In this document: positions 1 through 11,537 of the stretch, one piece after another
Position numbering within the stretch: the stretch's first letter is position 1
Layout: the number at the start of each line of letters is the position of its first letter
Assembly (NCBI GenBank): GCA_045837725.1
Contig: JBEWZL010000066.1
Span: 372,001-436,000, forward strand
DNA length: 64,000 bases
Source: Vermamoeba vermiformis
Taxonomy: Eukaryota
Reading direction: 5' to 3'
The notes under the pieces: model-generated
What the model saw: only the letters and a program-made list of their open reading frames with translations
The model's database searches: none
Told to the model about the DNA's origin: nothing
Made by a program: the position numbers and the translations under genes

Positions 1-496
1 CAACTTCCGTTCCTGTAACTTTGCTGCATATTTTGCGTTGTGAATTTAACGATTTTTTTAAAAGATTAAAAAGTCGTTTAAGATATACTCTGGGAATTCA
101 CCAATATGACTTATAATCACTCAATCTGACGGAAATATCATTAAACAGGACTATTCTGATAACGCAAGACCTCAACTTTCGCCTTGACGCGCTGATCTGC
201 TGAGGCTTATCAGATCCGACCTTCGCACGATGGACCAAACCTGATTGTATTGAAAATACAATGACGAGCATGCTCTTGCTACTTACAATCATATTTGGTG
301 AAGAGATCGATTTGCTACTGGTAGATGAGTCATCGAAAGTTCACATGACGTCATTGTCACGCAGATAGAAAATTATCGCGAAAATGAGGAATTCGAGCGC
401 AAAATAAAAGTCGAATCAGTTTTGAGCTCATTCGTAATCAAATTACACCAATAGCAACAACACCAGATAACAGTCGAAGTATCAACAACAATCTAT

Positions 497-1658
497 ATGA
501 CTCGACGTACCGTACTTTCAATAAGCATACTAGTGCTTGGATGCATTCAAATCGTCCAATCAGCAAACTGCTACAACTACAACGGCGGCTTCTTCTACAC
601 GGCCACATCTCTTGGTCAAAGCTGCACAACGGTCTGCAGCGCCTACGGTGGATTCGACGCTATTGCTACACAGCGCACGGGCAATGCGGTAGGCAGACAC
701 TTCTACCCTTTGAAATCCGACGGCAGCAACTGGATGTCCATTGAGTGCTCATCTACCGATTCTAACATAAATTGGGGCTCTTCGGGCGTTGTTCCTGACC
801 CAAATTGGAGCCACCCTTACTGTTACGTGCACTGCGCTTGTAACTCACTTCCACCCAATGTCGAAAGCTGCGACGGAGACCCCTGTAATGGCGTCACTGA
901 GGGGGGCGAATGTCACTACCCACAAGCATCATGCGGCTCGGGACAGTGCCTACAAGGCGTCTGCAACTTCATCAACTCTACTAACGCCCCGTCCTGTGGT
1001 AATGACACTCAGTGCCGTGCTTACAGCTGCGTTGAAGGCGAATGCATGGCTACGTCAATCAACAACAACCAGCCCTGCACACCCGACTTCACTCCCATCA
1101 TTTCTCCTTGCCAAGAATATGTTTGCAGCCAGGGCGAATGCGTCTTAATGCCCGCTAACGAGGGCGGAAACTGCGACTATGACACTTGTACTGACGGTAT
1201 CTGTTCTGAAGGTGCTTGTATCAGTTACAGAGCGAAACCTGATGGAACTCGGTGCTCCACTAACAACGTCTGTTCTCTGAATGAGGTGTGCAGCTTTGGC
1301 ACATGTGTTAGCAACGGCACGAAGTGTGGTCAATGCAGCTCGTGCGATCCACTAACTGGATGTCACCCACTTTCAAATGTCACGTGCGATGATGGTGATG
1401 ACACGACGTGCGATGACACGTGTCAACAGGGAGTCTGTGTTGGCCAGAGCATGCCCTGCACCCGAAGCGTCCTTGTCGCCTCAAACAAGCCCGATTGATC
1501 CATCTCCGAATGCCAGTCCCAGCGCTCCGAATGCTAGTCCAATGAGCACTACACCCGGCTCTCATCCAACGAGTGCGACTCCTACGAACAGCGTTGTCTC
1601 TGGTGCATCACTCATGGTAATGCCACACTTGTTTCTCGCTCTGAGTGCTCTATTCTAA
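497..1658 (+). CDS. Secreted/GPI-anchored cysteine-rich repeat surface protein (Dictyostelium-type Cys repeats), with one apparent +1 frameshift near 1460
   Basis: ORF 497-1498 has a signal peptide and Cys repeats (CDDGDDTTCDDTC, CTDGICSEGAC). The S/P/T-rich stalk and hydrophobic GPI-like tail (…SGASLMVMPHLFLALSALF) lie in the +1 frame, ending at 1658. Intronless. Confidence 0.8.
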
Positions 1659-1737
1659 ACACACTTCCTAACGAATCTTAAAATATGTCAAAAAACCAAT
1701 AAAAATTGGATACCTGCTTGGTATTCATAAAAGCTCG

Positions 1738-1773
1738 TTTTTTTTTTTTTTTAGGGGGGTTTTTTTTTGGAGG

Positions 1774-1804
<31 letters not shown>
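1738..1804. repeat. Low-complexity T/G/A homopolymer tract, probable read or assembly artefact
   Basis: Successive runs of T, G, T and A between two convergent genes. Confidence 0.6.
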
Positions 1805-1868
1805 CGATACATCTATTTTTTAGTTTTTATTCGAGTGCGAATGAATTACTTCTAATGATAGTCACATA

Positions 1869-4800
1869 TTAGTTCTCTTCGAGTTGTCTCAAAAGTTGAT
1901 CTATTGAGGGTCGTTGTTCCGGATTCATATTCCAGCACTGCTTCATAATTGAGGCTAGTTTCGTTGGACATGACTCTGGAATGACAGGTGTCAAACCAGA
2001 GTCTCGAATGAGACGACCAACTTCAATCGGATCTCCTTCACTGTGTGGTTCTTGTTGTGCAATAATCTCGTACATTAGTATTCCGAATGACCATACGTCT
2101 AAAAAGAAGAGAGCATTAGGCTTCGTTATTATGATTTTTGAAGGTAGATCCGACGTACCCGACTTAGTAGAGTATTCTTTGCTTCGCAATGCTTCAGGTG
2201 CCATCCATCGAATAGGACCCAGCTCGGACTTTGTCGTTCCTCTCTGATTCTCATCATCGACTAATCTTGACATGCCAAAGTCCGTGATCTTGGGCTCGTT
2301 TTGGTGCAACAAAATGTTTCTCGCTGCAACGTCACGATGCACGATGTTATTCGAATGTAAGTGCAGTAGACCCTGGGCAGCACTGGCAATCCATTTAATC
2401 TTCTCGTCGATGCTGATTGGTCGGAGATTATCAAACAGAGTGTGGTCTAGTGAGCCTTGGTTGCAATATTCGATGATCAAAATGATGCTGTCTGTCTCGG
2501 GATGTACGCTGAATCCGAACAATTGCACGACATTGGGATGAGGTCGCATTTGCATCATGAGCTCGAGCTCACCAATGACAGCTGAATTTGCTTGTGCCAT
2601 GCTCACTTTGAGTGCGACAGTCGTGTTCTTCCATGTGCCTTTGAACACTTGTCCGTTGGCTCCTTGACCGATTGACTCGCCAAACTTGATTTGATCGAAC
2701 GGCGTGAACCATTGGCCGTACTTGGCTTCTAATCCTACAGCAGAGGATGCGTTCCCGTGCTTTCGTACCTTGTTGCGACGTACCAAGAAAAAGGTTAACA
2801 GACCACCTGCGATGACAACGACTCCAACAGGGACGACAATAGCAACAATGAGTGTCGTGTTGTCTTCAGGACTCGATGCAGGCAGAGTGCTTGGTTCATT
2901 GATAGGGCTTACGGGTACTACTGGCACTGTGCCGTCGTCGGTGAGAATCAACACCGTGTTCGAATAACGGCCGTCAACAAACGACACGGCACCACTGACA
3001 AAAGTAAGGCCACGAGAAGGTACTTGCACGACACTAGAGAACAGAAAAGTGTTGCCGATGTCTTCTTGGATCCAAAGGCCAGTAGGAATGTGCAACGAGT
3101 ACATGATGCCATCATCTGCAAATAGAGCCAAAAAGTCTCCAATCATGACAGCTGTAACCGAAGAGTACGATTTGTACAGCGTAATTTGCCAACTTTCTGA
3201 TGCAATGTCGTACCAGTAAACGTTGTTGAACGCATTCGCTGACAGGTCCTTGGCAATCATGTAGATCGTTTTGTTGTTATGGACAAACAGCTGTTTGGGT
3301 TCAATGACAGCTATCTCGGGGAACGGGGCTGTATTGCGCCAGCCTGTTTCGTCGTTGTAGACTAAGAGCCATTGTGAGTTGTTCTTACTCTTCATGTACG
3401 CGTCATTTCCGATGATCGCGGCAACTTGAGAATGCACCATATAATCAAATCGGTTGCCAATGACAGAGTAGCCGGCACTGTCAATCAATTCTTGTTGTAG
3501 CGATGAGTTGATTCGAAACACGGAGGTGTCAAAAAAGGCGAGAACTGTGTCATTGAGTGAGATCACTACGATGTTGTTTTCACCATCGAGCAATTGTGAG
3601 GGCATTGTGATTGGGTCCAGCCACGTGTCATTATTAGTCGTATTAAGAACTTCAATTATTCCGCTTAGTTTGATGTCAGGTGTCTGGTGCATGAGTATGA
3701 GCTGGTCTGCAGTTTGTACGACTAATAGATCCGCGGTATTATTCATCGGTGGTATTGCTGCCATCGGGATAAGAAAAGGCCATTTTGAGCTAACGAGTCC
3801 ATTCGTCAAATAAAAAAATCTGCTGTTGAAAATCAGATCTGGAATGCCGTAGCAGATAAAACTCGTCTTAGTGTAGTCAGCTATTGATTCTGTGATAGTA
3901 TAAAACGTGCAGCCTGATCCAGGGCCTTCAACAAAGAGATAAACGGTGTCATCGACGGGGAAAATCTTCTTGATCTGGCCGACTTTGAACGGCTGATTCA
4001 ACATTGAATCGAAGTTAATAACTAGCACGGTCTGGTTATCCGCAAAGACATATCTGTTTGAGCCCCAGTTGTATCCGGTGACATCGCCTCCCCAGTTAAT
4101 AGAGCTGCTTGTTCCAACTACGCGATCTATATTCAATGTCATCACCACTGAATTGACGGCAAGTTTCCAAACGTAGCCCACGACTTGGTCGGTTCCAAAT
4201 GCAAATAAAAAGGTGTCGTTGTATATTTTTTCGTAGCCAGCAGAAGTATTTGCCCATCGGAACAAGTAGACCGCAGTTTTGGATGCAGGGAACATGTACG
4301 TTAGATTCGGTTGAGATACTGCTAAGTAAAGTGGTTCAATATCCAAGTGATATAACTCGTCTAGAACCGCGTGATATAACACCGTTGTAGTGTTTTGACT
4401 CAACAAGAGCACGTTGTTTTTGAAATTATGCAAGATCTGACTCGGTTGAGTTGGATTCGAATATATTTGTAAGCTGATTGTCTTGTTTAGCAGTTGGTTC
4501 GTGTCTATGTTGTAAATGTAAAGTGTTTCCGAGATCTGATCCGTTGAGTTTCGACCGCCAATGATGAAAATGTATTCTTCGGATGTCAGCACCAGAGGTC
4601 CAACAAGCGACGCCATAATATTGTTCAAATCTTGGGATGAATTCCAAGTGCCGCTAGTGATGTCTAAGAAATCAATGTTCCATTTTCCAAGGACGGTCAA
4701 GGTAGAGGTAGTGTTGTGCAAGGAGAGCGCGCTGACTGTTCGTACGGAAGGGGGATCTGTTGGCAGTTGAGTGAAGCTAACGGCGCTTTCGTTATACACA

Positions 4801-5120
4801 TATGGTTTGTTAGTGTATTCGTGACCTCCAATGAAGTAGGTTAGTCCTCCTAAAACCGCCAGATTTAGATTTGCTCTTGGATTCTGCAGTGTCAAAGGGG
4901 GTTCCCAGGAATTCGTATCTAAATTATATACATCAATAACATTTGACGATATTTTGTCGTTGAGTTCGAAGCCTCCTGCGAAGAGGATTTTGTTGGATTG
5001 GATAGCGGAAGATCCCACAGATGAGCGTTCTGTTGATAATGTAGTCGAGTTAATCACTACTTTGGCATGTATTAATCCAATAAGTGCTAAATACGTGCAT
5101 ATCTCAGCCAAAGAACGCAT
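1869..5120 (-). CDS. Receptor protein kinase (TK/TKL type): signal peptide, Kelch-like beta-propeller ectodomain, one TM helix, kinase domain; copy 1
   Basis: Signal peptide MRSLAEICTYLALIGLIHA; Kelch-like FAGG/FIGG/IIGG repeats; TM LIVAIVVPVGVVVIAGGLLTFFLV; kinase motifs GQGANGQV, VALK, HRDVAARN, DFG, GPIRWMAPE, DVWSFG. One 60-nt intron at 2099-2158; probable 5'UTR intron about 5122-5177. Confidence 0.92.
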   Translation of the reverse strand: MRSLAEICTYLALIGLIHAKVVINSTTLSTERSSVGSSAIQSNKILFAGGFELNDKISSNVIDVYNLDTNSWEPPLTLQNPRANLNLAVLGGLTYFIGGHEYTNKPYVYNESAVSFTQLPTDPPSVRTVSALSLHNTTSTLTVLGKWNIDFLDITSGTWNSSQDLNNIMASLVGPLVLTSEEYIFIIGGRNSTDQISETLYIYNIDTNQLLNKTISLQIYSNPTQPSQILHNFKNNVLLLSQNTTTVLYHAVLDELYHLDIEPLYLAVSQPNLTYMFPASKTAVYLFRWANTSAGYEKIYNDTFLFAFGTDQVVGYVWKLAVNSVVMTLNIDRVVGTSSSINWGGDVTGYNWGSNRYVFADNQTVLVINFDSMLNQPFKVGQIKKIFPVDDTVYLFVEGPGSGCTFYTITESIADYTKTSFICYGIPDLIFNSRFFYLTNGLVSSKWPFLIPMAAIPPMNNTADLLVVQTADQLILMHQTPDIKLSGIIEVLNTTNNDTWLDPITMPSQLLDGENNIVVISLNDTVLAFFDTSVFRINSSLQQELIDSAGYSVIGNRFDYMVHSQVAAIIGNDAYMKSKNNSQWLLVYNDETGWRNTAPFPEIAVIEPKQLFVHNNKTIYMIAKDLSANAFNNVYWYDIASESWQITLYKSYSSVTAVMIGDFLALFADDGIMYSLHIPTGLWIQEDIGNTFLFSSVVQVPSRGLTFVSGAVSFVDGRYSNTVLILTDDGTVPVVPVSPINEPSTLPASSPEDNTTLIVAIVVPVGVVVIAGGLLTFFLVRRNKVRKHGNASSAVGLEAKYGQWFTPFDQIKFGESIGQGANGQVFKGTWKNTTVALKVSMAQANSAVIGELELMMQMRPHPNVVQLFGFSVHPETDSIILIIEYCNQGSLDHTLFDNLRPISIDEKIKWIASAAQGLLHLHSNNIVHRDVAARNILLHQNEPKITDFGMSRLVDDENQRGTTKSELGPIRWMAPEALRSKEYSTKSGTSDLPSKIIITKPNALFFLDVWSFGILMYEIIAQQEPHSEGDPIEVGRLIRDSGLTPVIPESCPTKLASIMKQCWNMNPEQRPSIDQLLRQLEEN

Positions 5121-5644
5121 CCTGAATCAAAAATTAAATCACTCGGACGCGTTACTAATGAAGGGATCTTAACTTACAGCAAGTTTCTTTTTAGTATACT
5201 ATTAATATTGCTGCAATAGACTTCTTCATCACATTGCGATTGCAAAATAACGAAAATTGTTTGTGTTTGTGGTTGGTGATGTGTGAGACAGCTGTCTCCT
5301 TGTGCTCAACTGTCCACTCAACGATAGTGCCTAATATTCTGGTTATAACCAGCCATAGGCTGTCATAATTGCAATTAGCGACAATTTTCGAGTTTTGCAG
5401 TAAATAACGGAAAATTGCTGGGATCCGTTTTTATTGAATCGCGTCAATAAATGGGGTACAGAATGAATGATATATACCTCGCAGAGTCGTACACAGAGCA
5501 CAATATTTGAATAAATGGAGTCCCATACGGTGTGGTTCAAGTGTCAAATGTCAAATCGTGTCTCATTATTTTCCCAGCCTTCTAAGATTGGCACTAAGAT
5601 GCGATCCTAGGATGTCTTTTTTTTTGTTAACGAAAATTTATTTA

Positions 5645-7185
5645 CTAGTCTCCTTTCTCGAGTGCGCCGTTGATTTTTGCGACGCTGAGCGACGGCATTT
5701 TAATCACGTCGAACATTTCAGACACCTTCAACAGTTTGCCTGAGACATCCAAGTACTTCAAGTTCGTTAGTCGAGATATCGCGTGACTAATACCCGCACT
5801 AGTAATACAATCTAACGAATACATCGATAGTGAAGTGAGCCGATCCAAGTTCGATAAATATCGCAGTTCTTCGTCTTGGACATTTTGATTTTTCCAAGTC
5901 CAAATATGCAAATTTTCCAGTTGCGTCATTTGTAGGAATAAATCCGAGACAAAAAATTCAACTGGCAGTGGGCCTGCTAAGCTTAGCTTCTTTAATGCGG
6001 TCATTTTGGTCAGGTGATCCAGCAAGTTCGGCGAGATCTGTTTTGAGCAACAATAATAATCAATATATAGGCTATTATTAATAGAATCATGGCATTATTA
6101 TCGGATACTATCAATTAGTGGCAGTAGAGAAGTTATTTTTTGAATTTTTTTTGGATCTGGATCCGTTCCACTTACATCGATTCTAAGAGCCTTCAGATTG
6201 GTCAATTCAGTCATCCGTAGGTAATGTCCTCGAAAGGTCAGCGAGTCTACTTCTAGGATGGTCAAATTGACCAATGGCAAGCAACTCTCGAATAAAGAAT
6301 TCGACTGGGGGTCGATGATTTGAAACACTCTTAATTGTTCTAAATTTGTCAATTTTTGAATGCCGTGACCAATTTTTCCACCCATTTGTCTTAATTTTAA
6401 TATCTTCAGATTAATTAATGCGTTGAAATCGCCGCGTGATAAATTGACGTTGAAATTTGGTCCGGATAATACTAAGTATGTCACATTTGTCAGTTGAGTC
6501 AGGCCGACCAGATCCACGAACGGAATATTTCGGGCAATTGTTAATTTTAGCTTTCTTAATTTGGTTAATTGTTGTATTGCTGTTATTTCATCAATTTTAT
6601 CGTTTCTTGCTGTTCTTAATATCAATTGCGTGAGCTGGGTACAGCTGTTTGCTATCAAATTGAAATTTCTCGGAAAATACGTCATATTCAGCGTTCGTAA
6701 TGAGGTAATTTTTTCTAGTACGTTGTATAATACTGGTCGTATTGTTGGACCACTTAATGTCAGATCTTGTAGTTTTTGCAATACTGTGAGTTTTTCGAAT
6801 TCGTCTGTATCGCCAACATGGCTTATTTCTATATTTGTAATATTCGGCAATGAGGCGAGTCTCTTGCCAAAATGTAACGAGTGTCCGGGGTTCAATTGAA
6901 CTGTATGTACAAATAATCGACACGCGTGACTGATTTTATTCACAATGGATGCCCTAAATAATGACAATTTAATGCAATACAATAATAAAATTATAATCTG
7001 CTGGTGCGTTGTGACAAATAAATTTTCGTCATTATGAAAAATATTTTAAAATTAGGGACAAACGATCAAGAGTAAATAGACGGTTGTACAATATTTTACC
7101 TTAGTATATCTCGCGTTCCTAAATGTTTCAAAATTAAGTTCCAGATTTCGGATGGCAAAGTAAGTTCTTCGACGCGCCAATCCAT
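5645..7185 (-). CDS. F-box + leucine-rich repeat protein
   Basis: Exon 1 (7185 to ~7100) reads MDWRVEELTLPSEIWNLILKHLGTRDIL (F-box LPxEI…I…L). Later exons carry many LTNLxxLxL repeats. Introns at about 6955-7099 and 6040-6107. Confidence 0.8.
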
Positions 7186-7510
7186 ACGTTCTTCTTCTGA
7201 TTTAATATGATTTCACGTAATTATTATCGTTATAGCATTGCTAATGGCAGTTAGCCATGTTGTGCTCGTTCACTGAATGAATGTAAAAATTGTTTCTTTG
7301 TCGTGCGCCTCAAACTCTTCGAAGGTCTAGAGTTCCTCGCTAGCTACAGAATCTGTCCGAACGATGGAATAAGGTAATCGGGATCACTCTTATAAGATAA
7401 ATCTGAACAGCCGCTGGATTAATTCGACGTTTTGTAAAAACTGATCGGCTTCGTTAATCTCTCGGACGGAAGGCCTTCTGCCTTTGCTAGCAAACGGCAA
7501 AGAAAAGAGT

Positions 7511-7575
7511 CTCCAGGCCGGGTTGAACCCGGGTCACCCGCGTGAGGCGGATATGATACCCTACACCACGCCGGA
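7511..7575 (-). tRNA. Degenerate tRNA, most like tRNA-Asp(GTC) (Glu not excluded); pseudogene or mis-sequenced
   Basis: Minus strand TCCGGCGTGGTGTAGGGTATCATATCCGCCTCACGCGGGTGACCCGGGTTCAACCCGGCCTGGAG has A-box-like and B-box (GGTTCAA) elements, T stem CCGGG/CCCGG, anticodon stem TCCGC/GCGGG and a downstream TTTT. The anticodon loop and T loop are each about 2 nt short. Confidence 0.7.
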
Positions 7576-7806
7576 CGAGTTGAAAGGTGAGCGGAGATTA
7601 AGGGGTCGTTCAAAAGAGAAGTCCCAAAAGAGATGATTGTAGGAAGGAATGTAGGCGAAATGAGTCGTGTTTATTTCCATTCACCGTTCTTAAAAAACTC
7701 TCAGAATTTGCAGCCGGATCGCTCCAACAAAGTTAGCTTTGCTCGAATTAGTATTTAATGGATAAAATACTATTGGAAGGCTCTTCCAAAGGCTTTGGTA
7801 CCTTGT

Positions 7807-10800
7807 TTAGTTCTCTTCGAGTTGTCGTAGAATTTGATCTATTGAGGGTCGTTGTTCCGGATTCATATTCCAACACTGCTTCATAATCGAGGCTAGCTTC
7901 GTTGGACAGGACTCTGGAATGACAGGTGTCAAACCAGTGTCTCGAATAAGACGACCAACTTCAATCGGATCTGCGTCGCTATGGGGTTCTTGTTGTGCGA
8001 TAATCTCGTACATTAGCACTGCAAAGGACCATACATCTAATAAGTAAATTGTATTAGATACGAAAAATGCGTTTGAAGACCAGATCTGTCATACCTGACT
8101 TCGTTGAATATTCTTTGCTTCGCAATGCTTCAGGTGCCATCCATCGAATAGGTCCAAGTTCAGACTTAGTGGTTCCTTTCTTATTATCTTCATCGACTAA
8201 TCTTGACATGCCAAAGTCAGTGATCTTGGGTTCGTTCTGGTGCAACAAAATGTTTCTCGCTGCAACGTCACGATGCACGATATTATTCGAATGTAAGTGC
8301 GAGTAGACCTTTGGCGACATTAGCGATCCATTTGACTTTCTCCTCGGCTGTGATTGGTCGGTTATGATCGAACAAGGTATTGTCCAGTGAGCCTTGGTTG
8401 CAATATTCGATGATCAAAATGATGCTGTCTGTCTCAGGATGTACGCTGAATCCGAACAGTTGCACGACATTGGGATGTGGTCGCATTTGCATCATGAGCT
8501 CGAGCTCGCCAATGACAGCTGAATTAGCTTGTGCCATGCTCACTTTGAGTGCGACAGTCGTGTTCTTCCATGTGCCTTTGAACACTTGTCCGTTGGCTCC
8601 TTGACCGATTGACTCACCAAACTTGATTTGATTGAACGGTGTGAACCATTGGCCATACTTGGCTTCTAAGCCAATGACAGAGGATGTATTGCCGTGCTTT
8701 CGTTTTTTGTTGCGACGTACCAAGAAAAAAATTAACAGACCACTTGCGATGGCAACAGCTCCAACAGGCACGACAATAGCAACGATTAGCGTCGTGTTGT
8801 CTCCATTAGAAGCAGCAGGTTGAGTGTTTGGATCAAGGACGTTTTGAGGAACTGTTGGGACTATACCGTCGTCAGTGAGAATCAGAACTGTGTCCGAAAA
8901 CGTGCCATCGAGAAATGACGTGGCACCACTGGCGAATGTCAGACCACGAGAAAGCATTTGAACAACGCTAGAGAACAAATAAGCGTTCGCAATGTCTTCT
9001 TCGATCCAAACGCCACTAGGAATGTGCAGCGAGTACATTTTGCCGTCATCGGCAAAAAGTGCCAAGAAATCTCCGACCATGATTGCTGTCGTTCTGCTTT
9101 GAGGCGTGTGTTGCGTGATTTGCCAAGTTTGCGAGTCAATGTAGTATAAATAGACTTGATTGAATACTTTTGTTTCGACGTTTTGAGCAATCATGTAGAT
9201 CACTTTGTCGTAAACGAAAAGCTGTTTGGGCTCAAGTATAGGCCCATCAGGGAACGGCGTCGTGGTGCGCCAGCCAGTCTCGCTGTTATAGACTAACAGA
9301 TGTTGCGAGTTGTTTTTGCTCTTCATGTACACGTCATTTCCGACGACCGCGGCGACTTGACTGTGAACGTGATAGCTGAACGAGTTGCCAAAAACAGAGT
9401 AGTCGGCGGTATCTAACAATTCATATTGTTCCAACGAATGAATTCTGAACTGAGACGTGTTGAAAAATGCCAAAACTGTGTCATTGAGCGAGGTTGCAAC
9501 GAGATTGTTTTCGCCATCTCCGATCAATTCTGATGGCATTGGTATCGGATCCAGCCACGTGCCATTAATGTGGTTGTATACTTCGACCATTTCGCTCAAT
9601 ACAACTTGAGGTGTCTTGTTCATCATAATCAATTGATCATCGGTTTGAGCTATCAGTAGATCCGTTGTCGTAATTGGTTCAAATGACATTATCGGATTGC
9701 CTGCTGGCCATGGTACGCTGTGTCCGGCGCTTAAATATAGAAAACTGTCGTAGGTGACTAGATCTGGTATATCCAAGCAAGGGTGAATTGCCATAACGAA
9801 AGCTGTAGGCGTTTCTGTGGTAACGTATATACAGCCTGGTGCTAATTGCTCGGCGAAGATTATTAAAGTGTCGTTTGTGGTGAATATCTTCCGGATCTTG
9901 CCAACGTTAAAGTTTTGTGACATTAATGTGGAAAAGTTGACAATTACAACACTGTCGGTGCCCGCAAAGACGTATCTATCAGGAGCCCAAACATAGCCGT
10001 CAACAGTGCCACTCCAATCGATGCTGTTGCTGGGAAGTGGACTTGACGTAGTCACGTAGCCCTGGAGGAAGATAATTTGGTTGGCAAATGGGCGAATGAA
10101 GCCAACGTAGTCGCCATATCCAAACGGGAACAGAAAATTCTTCTAGGATCGTATTGTAGTTGGTTGTAGTATTTTTCCAAATATAGGCAAAAATTTGGAC
10201 TCGTGTAACGGAGAACAAGAAAGTGATGTTCGTAGCTGTTGTTGCATAGACGATCGGGGTTGCCTCCAAGTGCTTAATTTGGTCGTCAGTCACGTGATAC
10301 AGCAGCGTTGTATTGTCTTGATTCACGACGAGCACGTCGTTGTTGAAATGAGTCAAGATCCGACTGCCTCTGGAAGCGAAAGGGTTCACAAAAATTTCCA
10401 ATGTAGTTGATTGGACTACTAATGTATTGGTTTCTATGTTGAATATGTAGAGCGAATCCGAGATCTGATCTGTTGAGTTTCGACCGCCAATGATGAAGAC
10501 GTATTTTTCGGCTGGAATTACTAGAGGTCCAACAAGCGATGCCATAATATTATGCAAGATTTCGGATGAATTCCAAGTGCCGCTAGTGATATCCAATAAA
10601 TCAATGCTCCTTTTGCCAACAACAGTCAAGATCGAGTTGTGCAAGGAGATGTCGCTGATTGTTCGCACGGAGGGAGGATCTGTTGCTGATCGCAAGAAGC
10701 TGCTGTTGCCAGCATTGTATATATACGGCTTGTTGGTATAGTCGCGGCCTCCAATTAAATACAGATGTTCCTTAAGAATCACTGGATTTAGATTTGCTCG

Positions 10801-11041
10801 TGGATGTTTCAGTGTCATTGGAGGCTCCCAAATATTTTCGTCTAAATTATATACATCGACTGACGTTAGACGAAATATAGTCATTGAGCTTAAATCCTCC
10901 AGTAAAGAAGATTTTGTTCTCGGATTGGATGGCCCCCACAGATGAGCGTACTACTGATAGGCTAGTTGAATTAATTACTACTTTGCATTGAATTAACCCA
11001 AGAAGAGCTAATAATATGCATACTTCGGCTAAACCACGCAT
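7807..11041 (-). CDS. Receptor protein kinase, tandem paralog (copy 2); three apparent +1 frameshifts (~10861, ~10140, ~8301), so error-disrupted or a pseudogene
   Basis: Collinear with 1869-5120 from the signal peptide (MRGLAEVCILLALLGLIQC) to the identical end (…RQLEEN). The kinase domain is nearly identical. Same intron position (8037-8094) and the same 5'UTR intron arrangement. Confidence 0.85.
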
Positions 11042-11537
11042 CCTAACCGCAACAAAATTAAATTAAATCAAAGTTACGTGATCCAAAGTGGGCAACTTAC
11101 ACTAGTATGCAAGGCTTTAATTATAGTGTTTTAGCGTACTGTTGAGCAGCAGCTGTTGTCATCAATGCATTGGAAACAGAAGCAACTTCTTTCCTTTTTG
11201 AAAAGCGCAAAAAAAAAACGTGTGTGTGATTTGTTGACAGCTGGCCACTGAAGTTGAATCGAACAACGAAGTCCATATGCCAGTAATTACCAAGTTGGGA
11301 CTATTTAATTCATTTATGCGTTCACATCGCAACTGCACAACGATTTTCAGCAGCTGCTGAACCCACATCCAGAAAATTTTTTGTCCGAACTTTTGTTGAG
11401 CTTAGAAATAGAATTAGCACCAACTTCAAGCTGCTACTAGGGGCACTGATATTGTTTGGAATCAATCACATGGTAGCCAATGTTTGAACGAGCTCTTCCT
11501 TTGCCAATCTACCACGGCACTTGCTCGGATCTGGTGT

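Noticed and set aside
98-292. 64-aa ORF at the left edge
   Set aside because: May be the 5' part of a spliced gene leaving the window, but no frame or product could be supported.
5172-5182. CTTACAGCAA resembling the dictyostelid Class I RNA motif
   Set aside because: It is the reverse complement of a gtaagt splice donor in the kinase 5'UTR; the paralog has the same arrangement near 11095-11101. No flanking stem.
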